From NCBI GenBank assembly GCA_016283935.1, contig JAEENX010000026.1, positions 30,528-94,527 on the forward strand: a stretch of DNA of 64,000 nt, written 5' to 3'. The DNA is from Bacilli bacterium (GTDB taxonomy: Bacteria; Bacillota_I; Bacilli_A; RF39; UBA660). How positions within the stretch are numbered: position 1 is the stretch's first letter; each line of letters opens with the position of its first letter. Below, piece after piece: positions 51,779 to 61,409 of the stretch. The notes under the pieces were generated by a model, which had not been told where the DNA came from, ran no database searches, and saw only the letters and a list, made by a program, of their open reading frames with translations. Position numbers and translations under genes: made by a program.

Positions 51779-52951
51779 ATGGATTTAAAAAAACACAATC
51801 AGGAACAATTATTAAAATACTATAATGAATTATCGCAAGAAGAAAAAAATAATTTAACCGCTCAAATCAATTCTATTGATTTTGATTTAGTTAATACTAT
51901 TTATAAAAATTCATATATAGATGAAGAAATAGATATGACTAAAGTATCTAATTTAAAAATAATAAATAAAAAAGATACTAATCCAGATAATATTATTATT
52001 GGCGAAAATATTATAAGAAATAACGAATACGCAATAGTTTTAATGGCTGGAGGATTTGGATCAAGATTAGGTTTTAATAAACCTAAAGGATGTTTAAAGA
52101 TAAATGGTAAAACATTATTTGAAATGTTTATTGATCAAATAAAAGATGCAAATAAAAAATACAATTCAAATATTAGCTTATATATCATGACCAGTAATGC
52201 AAATAATAAAGATACAATATCTTTCTTTAATGATAATAATTATTTTGATTATAAAGAATATATTAATATTTTTATACAAGACGATTTTCCTATTCTAAAT
52301 ATAGATGGAAAAATAGTATTAAAGAATAAACATGAAATTCTATTTGGACCAAATGGTAATGGTGATGTATTTAATGCACTTAAAAGATTTAATTTAATAG
52401 ATGATATGATTAATAAAGGTATTAAATATATATTATTTTCAACAATAGATGACCCACTTCTAGATATAGTAGATACTAAATTTATTGGAACTACAATAAG
52501 TAACAAATATGATTTAGCATCTAAAACAATAATGAAAACAGATGAAGATAATAAAGAATGGATATTTTGTAAATATAATAATAAACCATATATGTTACCT
52601 TCTAGATGTATTAATAAAGAATTAACTAATACTATGATAGATAATGAATATGTTTATAGAGAAATAAATATTACATATCATTTAATGTCTATTGATAAAT
52701 TAAAATTATTTTCTAATATAGAATTGCCATATCATCGTGCATACAAAAATAATAAATATTTAGATGAAGATGGCAATCTAATAAATACTGAAGAAAGAAA
52801 TTCATTTAAATTTGAAAAGTTTATATTTGATGCATTTTATCATGCAGAAGATATGCTTCTATATAGAGTAAATAAAAATGAATTTTGCCCAATTAAAGAA
52901 AAAGAAGATATAAATAAAGTAATTAATTTATTACAAAATAAAATGCCCTAA
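51779..52951 (+). CDS. UDP-sugar (UDP-GlcNAc-type) pyrophosphorylase, eukaryotic UAP1/AGX-like family
   Basis: LMAGGFGSRLG (L-x2-GG-x-G-[ST]-RLG signature), PNGNGDVF; start at the second ATG, which has a better SD. Confidence 0.7.
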   Translation: MDLKKHNQEQLLKYYNELSQEEKNNLTAQINSIDFDLVNTIYKNSYIDEEIDMTKVSNLKIINKKDTNPDNIIIGENIIRNNEYAIVLMAGGFGSRLGFNKPKGCLKINGKTLFEMFIDQIKDANKKYNSNISLYIMTSNANNKDTISFFNDNNYFDYKEYINIFIQDDFPILNIDGKIVLKNKHEILFGPNGNGDVFNALKRFNLIDDMINKGIKYILFSTIDDPLLDIVDTKFIGTTISNKYDLASKTIMKTDEDNKEWIFCKYNNKPYMLPSRCINKELTNTMIDNEYVYREINITYHLMSIDKLKLFSNIELPYHRAYKNNKYLDEDGNLINTEERNSFKFEKFIFDAFYHAEDMLLYRVNKNEFCPIKEKEDINKVINLLQNKMP

Positions 52952-53010
52952 AAGGACATTTTTTATTTATCAAATAATTTCTTCTTTAAAATCAATTGCT
53001 TCACCTGAAT

Positions 53011-53036
53011 TAGTTTCAACAGTTGAAACTCAATCT
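53011..53036. terminator. bidirectional terminator between convergent genes
   Basis: Hairpin gtttcaacagttgaaac flanked by T/A-rich runs. Confidence 0.4.
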
Positions 53037-53039
53037 TTT

Positions 53040-54398
53040 TTATATACGTAATGCTTTATGTTCACCTGTATCATCTAAGAATCTAGTCAATTTTATTTCT
53101 TCTTGATATCTTTTTTCAAAGTTTCTACGAACTGTTGGATTATTTTCAAAGTTTATATTTTTATCTTTTTCATCATATATAAGATCTGCATCAAGTATAA
53201 CTAAATCACCGGCTTGTAAAACACCATCTCCTCTTTTATCATCTAATTCAAGTGTCTCATCTGTAGGTTGTAAATTACCATTCCAATGAATAATATTTTC
53301 TTTTCTTAATCTACCTACATTTATTTTTTTTATATCAGTCCAGATTAATCCAAGATTTCTAAGATTCTTATATAATTCATATAATTCTTCTTCAGTAACT
53401 TTTATATCAGTATCTACTTTTTCAGTAACTTCTATAAAACAAGACTCACCATTTGAAGATAATTCTTTTCTCATCAAAGGCGATATTATATATGGATTAT
53501 TAGGAAATCTTTTTGTAACTCTATTACCTATTTTAATAACTTTGTCTCCAATTATTAAAACTCTAGATAATCCTCCACTTCTATATTCTATATCAGATAA
53601 TTTAACTTGTTCATTTTTCATTACATCAAATAATATTAATTTTATAACTTCTTTAATATTATTATCTCTTATCTTTTTTATATGATCAGCTTCAGAGAAA
53701 ATAGAATTAATAGTTTGTTCTTGATGAGTATCTATATATTTTTTAACTCGATTACATGCTTCTTTTCTATCTTTAACAAATTTTAATAAATCATATAAAT
53801 TAAGTGAGTTATGCATTACTAATGGTAAATTATCAAATATAATATCTTTATTATTACCTTTATATACTATAGCATTATATGGAATATTACATTTATTATT
53901 TATTAATATATATAATAATCTCTTTTGAGCATCTTCATTTACTCTATTAGCTAAGTCAAAATAAAATATTCTATCTAAATTCATACTAACTAATGTAGTT
54001 AATAAATCTTTATCCATGAAATTATTAAATATTTCATTTTCATTTTGAAAGTCAAAACACATATTATAAAAAATAAAACCTAATTCATCTTTATAAGGAT
54101 ACTTTTTTATTCCTTCAATGAATTTTTCTTTAAAGCATGGTTGTTTAATCAACTCATTACTATACAATAATAGAATATTCATATTAGTAGATACCAAAAA
54201 TGGAAATAATTCATCAAAATGTTTTGCAATTATTTCTATTACTTGTTTTCTACAAAAAGTATTACTTAGTTTTCTAGTTAAATAATTAGTTAAATCATAA
54301 AAACTCTCATTATAAAAATTAGCAGAACCATTTTCTATATTTTTAATTCTCTTTTTCTTAGCTTCATTAATAAGCTTAAGAAACTTATACTCAAACAT
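53040..54398 (-). CDS. two-domain protein: N-terminal helical domain + C-terminal atypical protein-kinase-like fold
   Basis: RSGGLSRVLIIGDKVIKIG (Gly-rich loop + Lys), WTDIKKINV (DxKxxN catalytic-loop-like), DLVILDADL (DFG-like). Confidence 0.45.
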   Translation of the reverse strand: MFEYKFLKLINEAKKKRIKNIENGSANFYNESFYDLTNYLTRKLSNTFCRKQVIEIIAKHFDELFPFLVSTNMNILLLYSNELIKQPCFKEKFIEGIKKYPYKDELGFIFYNMCFDFQNENEIFNNFMDKDLLTTLVSMNLDRIFYFDLANRVNEDAQKRLLYILINNKCNIPYNAIVYKGNNKDIIFDNLPLVMHNSLNLYDLLKFVKDRKEACNRVKKYIDTHQEQTINSIFSEADHIKKIRDNNIKEVIKLILFDVMKNEQVKLSDIEYRSGGLSRVLIIGDKVIKIGNRVTKRFPNNPYIISPLMRKELSSNGESCFIEVTEKVDTDIKVTEEELYELYKNLRNLGLIWTDIKKINVGRLRKENIIHWNGNLQPTDETLELDDKRGDGVLQAGDLVILDADLIYDEKDKNINFENNPTVRRNFEKRYQEEIKLTRFLDDTGEHKALRI

Positions 54399-54457
54399 AT
54401 AAATTCACCTAAAAATATTATAACATAAAAAAAGATTAGATAATTCTAATCTTTTTA

Positions 54458-55105
54458 TTACATACTAATTTTTGAAAGTTTTTTCGCTTCCTCATCTTTT
54501 TTATAATTGATGAATTTTGCAAGAATATGTCTGACTTGAACCATCTTTTGGAATTGTCTATCAAGTTTTACTTGACCCCTACCATTTATTCTCTTTAAAA
54601 TTGGAATAAACTTAACACTTGTTGCAAGAATGTCATTATATTCATTAAAACCTACTTCTTCTATTTCACCTTGATAAATAACTAATGGATATTTCTTAGC
54701 AAGTCTAAATTCTCTAACAAATGCATTTACATCATTTAAAGCATCCTCTAATAAATCTTGATTATTTTCATCATGATAATAGAATTCAATATTTGTATTT
54801 ACTTCAGTTAATGTATTTCTTTTTTCGTTATATCTAAATAATAAATACCTTTCATTTGGTGATTCTAGATTTTCTGGCATTCCTTCTTTTTTTGAATCAA
54901 AAACTTCATTAAAATCAACTATAAAATCTTGTCTAGCTGAAATAGCACCATTATAAGAACTGTTTTCGACTATTAGATTAGCTATAACATCTATATCATC
55001 AATACTATCAATGCTAACATAATTTCCATATATATTAATATTCTTTTCAAAAATATTATAATATGGAATTTTGTAAACATATTTATCTTTTAAATTTTCA
55101 CTCAT
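54458..55105 (-). CDS. hypothetical protein, first gene of a two-gene operon with the kinase-like protein
   Basis: ORF with 60-nt gap to downstream gene; no motif. Confidence 0.35.
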   Translation of the reverse strand: MSENLKDKYVYKIPYYNIFEKNINIYGNYVSIDSIDDIDVIANLIVENSSYNGAISARQDFIVDFNEVFDSKKEGMPENLESPNERYLLFRYNEKRNTLTEVNTNIEFYYHDENNQDLLEDALNDVNAFVREFRLAKKYPLVIYQGEIEEVGFNEYNDILATSVKFIPILKRINGRGQVKLDRQFQKMVQVRHILAKFINYKKDEEAKKLSKISM

Positions 55106-55193
55106 AATAAAACCCCTTTTTCTTAGTAAGTTATATTAGCAAATCCCAATATATTAGTCAAATTAAAACCAGTTATAACTGGTTTTATATATA

Positions 55194-55586
55194 TTAAAAT
55201 TCTATTTCAATAGGTGCTTCAGTGAATGATGAAATAACGGCTTTACCAGATTTAAAATATAAAACTATAGTATTATCGTCATTCTCATTATACATTCCTC
55301 TTAAATTAGGATTTTTATCTAACATATCTTTCTTAGCTTCTACTCTATCATCTGGTACTAATTCACCAGATATTCTAATCCATTTACCATCTTTAAATGC
55401 ACATATTTCTACTTTATTATTTTCTTCAATTTGTTTATATACATCTTTCTTTTTACCTGTTTGAATATATAATTTATCTTCAAATATTTCAGCAGTACCA
55501 AATGGTCTAACTCTTGGTTGATCATCTTCAACTGTTGCTAAATAATATACTCCACATTCTTTTAAAAATTCTTGTACTTCTTTCAT
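55194..55586 (-). CDS. pyridoxamine 5'-phosphate oxidase-like FMN-binding split-barrel protein
   Basis: YYLATVEDDQPRVRPF... pattern of the PNPOx-like / general stress protein 26 family. Confidence 0.6.
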   Translation of the reverse strand: MKEVQEFLKECGVYYLATVEDDQPRVRPFGTAEIFEDKLYIQTGKKKDVYKQIEENNKVEICAFKDGKWIRISGELVPDDRVEAKKDMLDKNPNLRGMYNENDDNTIVLYFKSGKAVISSFTEAPIEIEF

Positions 55587-55621
55587 AGTATCACCTAAAT
55601 AAATTATAACATAATAAAAGA

Positions 55622-56128
55622 CTAGTTATTACTAGTCTCATTATAAGTTTTATTTAATTTCTTTTGTTCTTCTCTTTGAACTTCTTCAATTACATATTTA
55701 GCATCAGGTAATAAGAATGCTGATAATTCATCTTCTAATAAATCATATGTAATATCACCATCTGGTTCACAGTGTTCTAAAGCAACTAGTTCATCATATA
55801 ATTGAATATTTTCAACAATCTTTTTACTAGCTTGATTTAATTTAATACTCATTGCACATAAAGAAGCTGCAAATGTAATAACTGGAGCAATTATAACTGG
55901 AAATCCTTTATACATAAATGTTCCATTAGTTAATTCTTTTAAACCATATATTGCAACAATATGACCAGCTGCTATAATTACATGCATAATTGCTTTCTTT
56001 TCATTGGAAGCTATTTCAGATTCATTAAGATATATCTTTTCATTTAATGAATTTCTTTTCGTTTCAAACCTATTTTTTAATATTTTTAATATATCTTTAG
56101 AATTAGATAAATCATTGATGTCTGCCAT
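55622..56128 (-). CDS. membrane protein, unknown function
   Basis: Two TM helices in the middle, acidic C-terminus. Confidence 0.35.
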   Translation of the reverse strand: MADINDLSNSKDILKILKNRFETKRNSLNEKIYLNESEIASNEKKAIMHVIIAAGHIVAIYGLKELTNGTFMYKGFPVIIAPVITFAASLCAMSIKLNQASKKIVENIQLYDELVALEHCEPDGDITYDLLEDELSAFLLPDAKYVIEEVQREEQKKLNKTYNETSNN

Positions 56129-56277
56129 TATATTCTCCCCTTTAACAACTCGTTATATTATATATAAATAGTAACATATATGCAATAAATTATTAAGTCA
56201 ATTTGTAAAGTATTACTAAAACTTTCTAATTTTTTATAAATATGTTAGAATAAACAGCAATCTAGGGGTGAGTTTGG

Positions 56278-59200
56278 ATGAGAAATAATATTAAGTATAT
56301 TGTACTATTTTTATTAATTATTATATGTACTGTAACAAATATAGTATTTGCTACTAAAAAGAATAATAGTAATAACTATTACAATGAAACTAATAAACCA
56401 ATTTTATATGGTACTAGTAAAATTACTATACCTAAAAATTATGTAAGTACATTTGATATATTAGACTCAAGATTTAGAGTATTTGCAAAAGATTTTGAAG
56501 ATGGTGATATATCAAATAATATCAAATCAACTAACAATGTTAATCCTACTACTCCAGGTACTTATGAAATTAACTATGAAATAACAGATTCAGATAATAA
56601 TAAAACTACTTTAAATGTACCAGTTACTATATTAGATGATGAATCATCAAATATTAATATAGAAAGAATAGTTTATACAATTCCATCTGTATGGAATATG
56701 GATTTAGCTGGATTTGCTAGATCCAACTATGCTGATAGACAAATATTAGGAATATATTTAAATGAAAATGATTCTATTAAAACAAGAGTATTAAATGGAG
56801 ATAATATTACAATTCAATACTTTGCAAATGATTCAGAAGTTGAAGGAAGTAATACAACTATTACTAAAGATTGGACTACTATAAAGAATGGTAAGGATCA
56901 CTCTTCTATTCCATTAATAAATTCTAATGTATTATCAAAAGATAACAATGATTTAAATAAAACATATACAATAGAATTAGAATATTCTAACTCTATAAAT
57001 AAATTGGATTATTATCATTACAAAGATAATCAAGATACATTTTTTTATAATTGGACTACAAATGATTATTCTATTATAGATTCAGAAAGATTATTGGTAG
57101 TAGTACCACTTCATGATAATGATTATATGTTTAATTATTATAAAAATGGATTTAGTTCATTAGATAAATTCTTAGAATATTACAATACTGTTATTAATAA
57201 ATATGATGAATATATAGGATTAAGTATTAATCCTACTAAAATAACTGATCAAAATGTAAGAACAAAATATTTAGTAAAAGCTAATGCGCATGGTGCAGGA
57301 GCTGCTTACTACTCTCAAAATCATGTTGCAGTTAATTCCCCAAATGTAAGATCATTCTTTGAAAGAAACTGGGGAGGATTACATGAGTTAGCTCATGGTT
57401 ATCAAGGATCTTTTGGTGGTAACAATGATCTATCTCTTGGTGAAGTTTCAAATAATATACTTGGACATTATGTTCAAATAGATAAAACTATATATGAAGA
57501 TAATGCTGATTGGTTGGGAAAACTAAAAGATATTGAAGATAATGAAAATAAAGATAGATTAAATGGTACTTCATATTTAGAGCTATCTCAAAAAACTAGA
57601 TTATATTTCTTAATAAACTTATTAGATTATTTTGAAGGACCTACTACATATGCAAAACTATTTAGTTGGTATAGAGAACAACTTAATCTAGGCCGTTCAA
57701 TGAAAAATCAAGATGCATATGTTGAAGGTATAGCTGATATATATAAAGTAAATATTATTCCATATATGGAATCTTGGGGAGTAACTATTTCAGAAAGTGT
57801 TAAAGATGACATTAATAGTAAAAATCTTAAACAATATGGAATATTAAAAGATATAGTTAAAGATAATAAAACATTATCTAAAATAATGTCAGATAACAAT
57901 ATAGAATTAAAATATACTCTTATTGATAATGATTTATTAAAAAACTATAAAACATCTATTACAATTAACATTGATATAGATAATATAGATTATTTATTAA
58001 ATAAAAAATTAACTATTAAAGATGGTAATAATACTATTATTACTAAAACAATTGATAGTAATAAAATCACTATTGAAAATATACCTATAGGTATCTATTC
58101 ATTAGTAATGCCTTTTATAGATAATTATTCAAATGATTATATGTCTTTAATGATAACAGATAATAATAAATACACATATAAATATACTAAACTACAAGAT
58201 ATTGATTATAACAATTATTTATTAATTAAATTAAAAGGAATATATGATACAGATGGATATACTTTAACTTTTAAAGATAATTATAAAAAAGCATCTATTA
58301 AATTAGGTGGAGCTGACATGGGTACAAGAAATGATGCCTATGTAAAAATATATGATAAAAACAATAATATTATTTCAGAAGAAAAACAAGTAGATAAATA
58401 TTTTGATTATAAAAAAGCAGAATATGAAATCAATATTGATGAAGGATATATTATTGAAGTATATCATCCAAATAATAACAAAGTTAAAGTAATAAGTACT
58501 TTAACTAATGAAGTAGTAAATGAATTATTACCTACTTCATCGACAACAAGATATATAGTAATAGAAAATGGTATTAAATTAGAATCTATGAGTGATGAAG
58601 ATATAGAAGATATTAATTATAACAATTTAAAGCAATCACTTATAAATATAATTGAAAACTATAAAAAGAAAGTTACTGATGAAGAATTAAATAATAAAAC
58701 TATTAATCAAAAAGAAAAAACTAATGTAATAAGTGCATATAATAATCTTAAAGATAATGATAAAGAACCATATACTAATTTAATTAATAGAATTAAAAAA
58801 GGTGGTTCACCTATTATTGAAGAAAAAACTAATATTAAGAAAGTATATAAGCAAAATGAATCAATTAATTTATATTCACTTATAACAGCATATGATAATG
58901 AAGATGGTAATATAGATATAAATGAAACTACTACATCTATTGATACTTCATTAGATATCAAAAAAAATGGTAAGTATGAAATAACATATAAAGTTAAAGA
59001 TTCTGATAATAATATTAGTTCTTATACTCTTGTTATTACTATTACAGAAGTAACTACTACAACGACAACAACTACGACAACAACTACAACAACTACTTCT
59101 ACTACATCAACAAGTACTAGTACTTCTACTACATCAACAACTACTACAACAAAGACTACAAGTACTACAACTGTAAAACCTACTACTAGTACAACAATAA

Positions 59201-59370
59201 AGACTACTAGTACAACTAAACAAGTAGATAAAAAGAATGTAATTGAACAAGTAGTTAAAGCACCTAATACAGGTAAAGAAAAAAATAGAATTATTACACT
59301 TATAGCACATATAATGATAATAATTCCTATATCATATATTATTTATTCAATAATAAAAAAGACTAGATAA
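56278..59370 (+). CDS. cell-surface M60-like/enhancin-type zinc metallopeptidase with two DUF5011-like Ig domains, Thr-rich stalk and C-terminal membrane/sorting anchor
   Basis: Signal peptide; DGDISNN...PGTYEINYEITDSDNN (DUF5011-like) twice; WGGLHELAHGYQG (HEXXH) with downstream Glu; 57-residue T/S stalk; C-terminus APNTG + hydrophobic segment + KKTR. Confidence 0.65.
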   Translation: MRNNIKYIVLFLLIIICTVTNIVFATKKNNSNNYYNETNKPILYGTSKITIPKNYVSTFDILDSRFRVFAKDFEDGDISNNIKSTNNVNPTTPGTYEINYEITDSDNNKTTLNVPVTILDDESSNINIERIVYTIPSVWNMDLAGFARSNYADRQILGIYLNENDSIKTRVLNGDNITIQYFANDSEVEGSNTTITKDWTTIKNGKDHSSIPLINSNVLSKDNNDLNKTYTIELEYSNSINKLDYYHYKDNQDTFFYNWTTNDYSIIDSERLLVVVPLHDNDYMFNYYKNGFSSLDKFLEYYNTVINKYDEYIGLSINPTKITDQNVRTKYLVKANAHGAGAAYYSQNHVAVNSPNVRSFFERNWGGLHELAHGYQGSFGGNNDLSLGEVSNNILGHYVQIDKTIYEDNADWLGKLKDIEDNENKDRLNGTSYLELSQKTRLYFLINLLDYFEGPTTYAKLFSWYREQLNLGRSMKNQDAYVEGIADIYKVNIIPYMESWGVTISESVKDDINSKNLKQYGILKDIVKDNKTLSKIMSDNNIELKYTLIDNDLLKNYKTSITINIDIDNIDYLLNKKLTIKDGNNTIITKTIDSNKITIENIPIGIYSLVMPFIDNYSNDYMSLMITDNNKYTYKYTKLQDIDYNNYLLIKLKGIYDTDGYTLTFKDNYKKASIKLGGADMGTRNDAYVKIYDKNNNIISEEKQVDKYFDYKKAEYEINIDEGYIIEVYHPNNNKVKVISTLTNEVVNELLPTSSTTRYIVIENGIKLESMSDEDIEDINYNNLKQSLINIIENYKKKVTDEELNNKTINQKEKTNVISAYNNLKDNDKEPYTNLINRIKKGGSPIIEEKTNIKKVYKQNESINLYSLITAYDNEDGNIDINETTTSIDTSLDIKKNGKYEITYKVKDSDNNISSYTLVITITEVTTTTTTTTTTTTTTTSTTSTSTSTSTTSTTTTTKTTSTTTVKPTTSTTIKTTSTTKQVDKKNVIEQVVKAPNTGKEKNRIITLIAHIMIIIPISYIIYSIIKKTR
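59050..59230 (+). repeat. ACN (Thr/Ser codon) low-complexity microsatellite-like tract inside the surface peptidase gene
   Basis: Runs of act/aca/acg codons (ACTACTACAACGACAACAACTACG...). Confidence 0.7.
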
Positions 59371-59386
59371 TCTAGTCTTTTTTTAT
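59356..59386. terminator. bidirectional rho-independent terminator (AAAAAGACTAGAT-aa-TCTAGTCTTTTT)
   Basis: Perfect palindrome flanked by an A-run and a T-run, between convergent genes. Confidence 0.6.
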
Positions 59387-60495
59387 GCCATATTAAACTT
59401 TTTATTTTTCTTTATTACTCTTAAAGAAACAATTGATACAACTGGTAGTATAAATAAAACATAAGCATAATCTTCTACTCCAGTTTTAGGATTTTCATTT
59501 ATTTTATTTTCACATAATACAGTATTAATAATCATCTTTTCAGCAAGTGTTACTTCTTTTTCTTGAACATGTTCAAATAACATTAAGTGGGCCCCATAAT
59601 CTGGTTCTGCTTGAGCTACTATATTTGCAAAGTGATCAACACCTAAATACTTAGTTCCTCTTACTACTCCATTTATATTATTATGACTTGTTATCATAAA
59701 TCTACCATTTGAGTTTTCAACAGGAATTAATTCTACTTTATTAGTATAATATGCATCTTCACTTTCAACATATCCATCTGACTTTCCTGAATGTTTATAA
59801 ATATAATTAATCCAATCACCCATATTATATCCAGTTAAAGTAATATTCTTATTCTTATAATTAGTAAAGAATAAATAATCTTTAAATTGATCATATGGAT
59901 CACTTTCAGGAACTTTAGTAACAGTCCAAATATTATTAACATCTGGTTCTATTGTTAATGAATAAAATGATTGTTTACCATCAATTATTTGATAATCAGC
60001 TTTAGCTTCTGATTCTACTAATTTCATATCCCATGTTAATAATGCATGTTTTGGTAAACCATTATTTTCATAATTCCAGTTATCTGTAAATAATACATAT
60101 TGATGTCCTTCTTGAATATCTTCTGGTAATACTTGTACCCATTTAGTAATAGTACCTTTTTCATATGTAATATCATCATCTGATATACCTACGTATTCTT
60201 CACCTTCTAAATATTTAACTTCATATTTAATTCTATTAAATTGTTTATCTTTATATATTGGTAATTCAGTAAAAGTTCCTTGATAATTATTATCTTTATT
60301 AAGAACTATCTTTTTATTTTCAATAGCTTCTCCGTCACCATATAATTGAAATATAACTTCTTTGTTTTCATCGTTACATTTATTACAATTGACTGAAACA
60401 TTTATATCTTCTAAAAAAGGACCTATTGAATTTGCAAATACTATAGTTGGATAAAAGAATAAAGTTAATAATATTCCTATAATCACTTTTTTCAT
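59383..60495 (-). CDS. secreted cell-wall-anchored protein with NPKTG sortase-B-type sorting signal
   Basis: Signal peptide ILLTLFFYPTIVFA; C-terminus NPKTG, then hydrophobic VLFILPVVSIVSL, then RVIKKNKK. Confidence 0.55.
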   Translation of the reverse strand: MKKVIIGILLTLFFYPTIVFANSIGPFLEDINVSVNCNKCNDENKEVIFQLYGDGEAIENKKIVLNKDNNYQGTFTELPIYKDKQFNRIKYEVKYLEGEEYVGISDDDITYEKGTITKWVQVLPEDIQEGHQYVLFTDNWNYENNGLPKHALLTWDMKLVESEAKADYQIIDGKQSFYSLTIEPDVNNIWTVTKVPESDPYDQFKDYLFFTNYKNKNITLTGYNMGDWINYIYKHSGKSDGYVESEDAYYTNKVELIPVENSNGRFMITSHNNINGVVRGTKYLGVDHFANIVAQAEPDYGAHLMLFEHVQEKEVTLAEKMIINTVLCENKINENPKTGVEDYAYVLFILPVVSIVSLRVIKKNKKFNMA

Positions 60496-60629
60496 ACAAA
60501 CTATCTCCTATGTTAATTATAATATACATATATTAAATAATTATCGCTAAAACAGTTTATTTACATTTTGTTGCCAATTGAATGTGTAAATCAAATGTGT
60601 TAATATATATATTATAGAGAGGTGTTAAG

Positions 60630-61409
60630 ATGATAATAGCAATGAGCTGTACTAAGAACTGGTTTAAGTATTTAGTCGTGAATATATATTCTCTTTTATA
60701 TTTTAATAAAACTGTTAAAACAATTTATTTATTTGTTGATGCAAATGATATATCAGAAATTAAATATTTGGATAAAGTACAATCAAAATTTAATGTAGAA
60801 ATAAAGATAATTAATATAGAAAATATATTAGATAATTATTTATCTCCTACATCACCAAATCGTGATACAGAATATTCTAATTTATGTTTCACTAGATTAA
60901 TATTAGCTAATTATATTCCAGATAGTAAAGTATTATATTTAGATACAGATACTATAGTCAGAAAAGATATCTCAAGAATATGGGATCTTGATTTAGAAGA
61001 TAACTATGTTGCTGGTGTAAAAGACTATGGAGTATATGCTTATAATTACTTAGAAAATTTAAATTTATCTGGTAAGTATATTAACTCAGGTGTTATCATT
61101 TTTAATCTAGATAAAATAAGAGAAGATAATATAATTGATAAATGGTTTGAAATAGCTAATACTAGAAAACTTAAATATCCTGATCAGGATGCAATAAATA
61201 TAATATGTACAGATAAAGAAATATATTTACCTAGTATTTATAATTTTATTAACAATGCTACTTTAGATGTAGTTAATAATTCTTTAACAAAGATATATCA
61301 CTATGCTGGACCTAAAGAATATTGGCTAGCAGATAGATTCAATGCTGAAGAATGGTATGATTCAGAAGAAATATTTTATAATGATATAGTAAAAAACTCA
61401 GATAATTAA
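60630..61409 (+). CDS. family 8 glycosyltransferase
   Basis: VLYLDTDTIV (DxD), NSGVIIFN. Confidence 0.65.
   Translation: MIIAMSCTKNWFKYLVVNIYSLLYFNKTVKTIYLFVDANDISEIKYLDKVQSKFNVEIKIINIENILDNYLSPTSPNRDTEYSNLCFTRLILANYIPDSKVLYLDTDTIVRKDISRIWDLDLEDNYVAGVKDYGVYAYNYLENLNLSGKYINSGVIIFNLDKIREDNIIDKWFEIANTRKLKYPDQDAINIICTDKEIYLPSIYNFINNATLDVVNNSLTKIYHYAGPKEYWLADRFNAEEWYDSEEIFYNDIVKNSDN

Noticed and set aside
59050-59230. ACN-rich tract as a possible CRISPR-like or satellite repeat
   Set aside because: It is in frame within the surface peptidase ORF and simply encodes a Thr/Ser stalk. There is no regular repeat-spacer periodicity.
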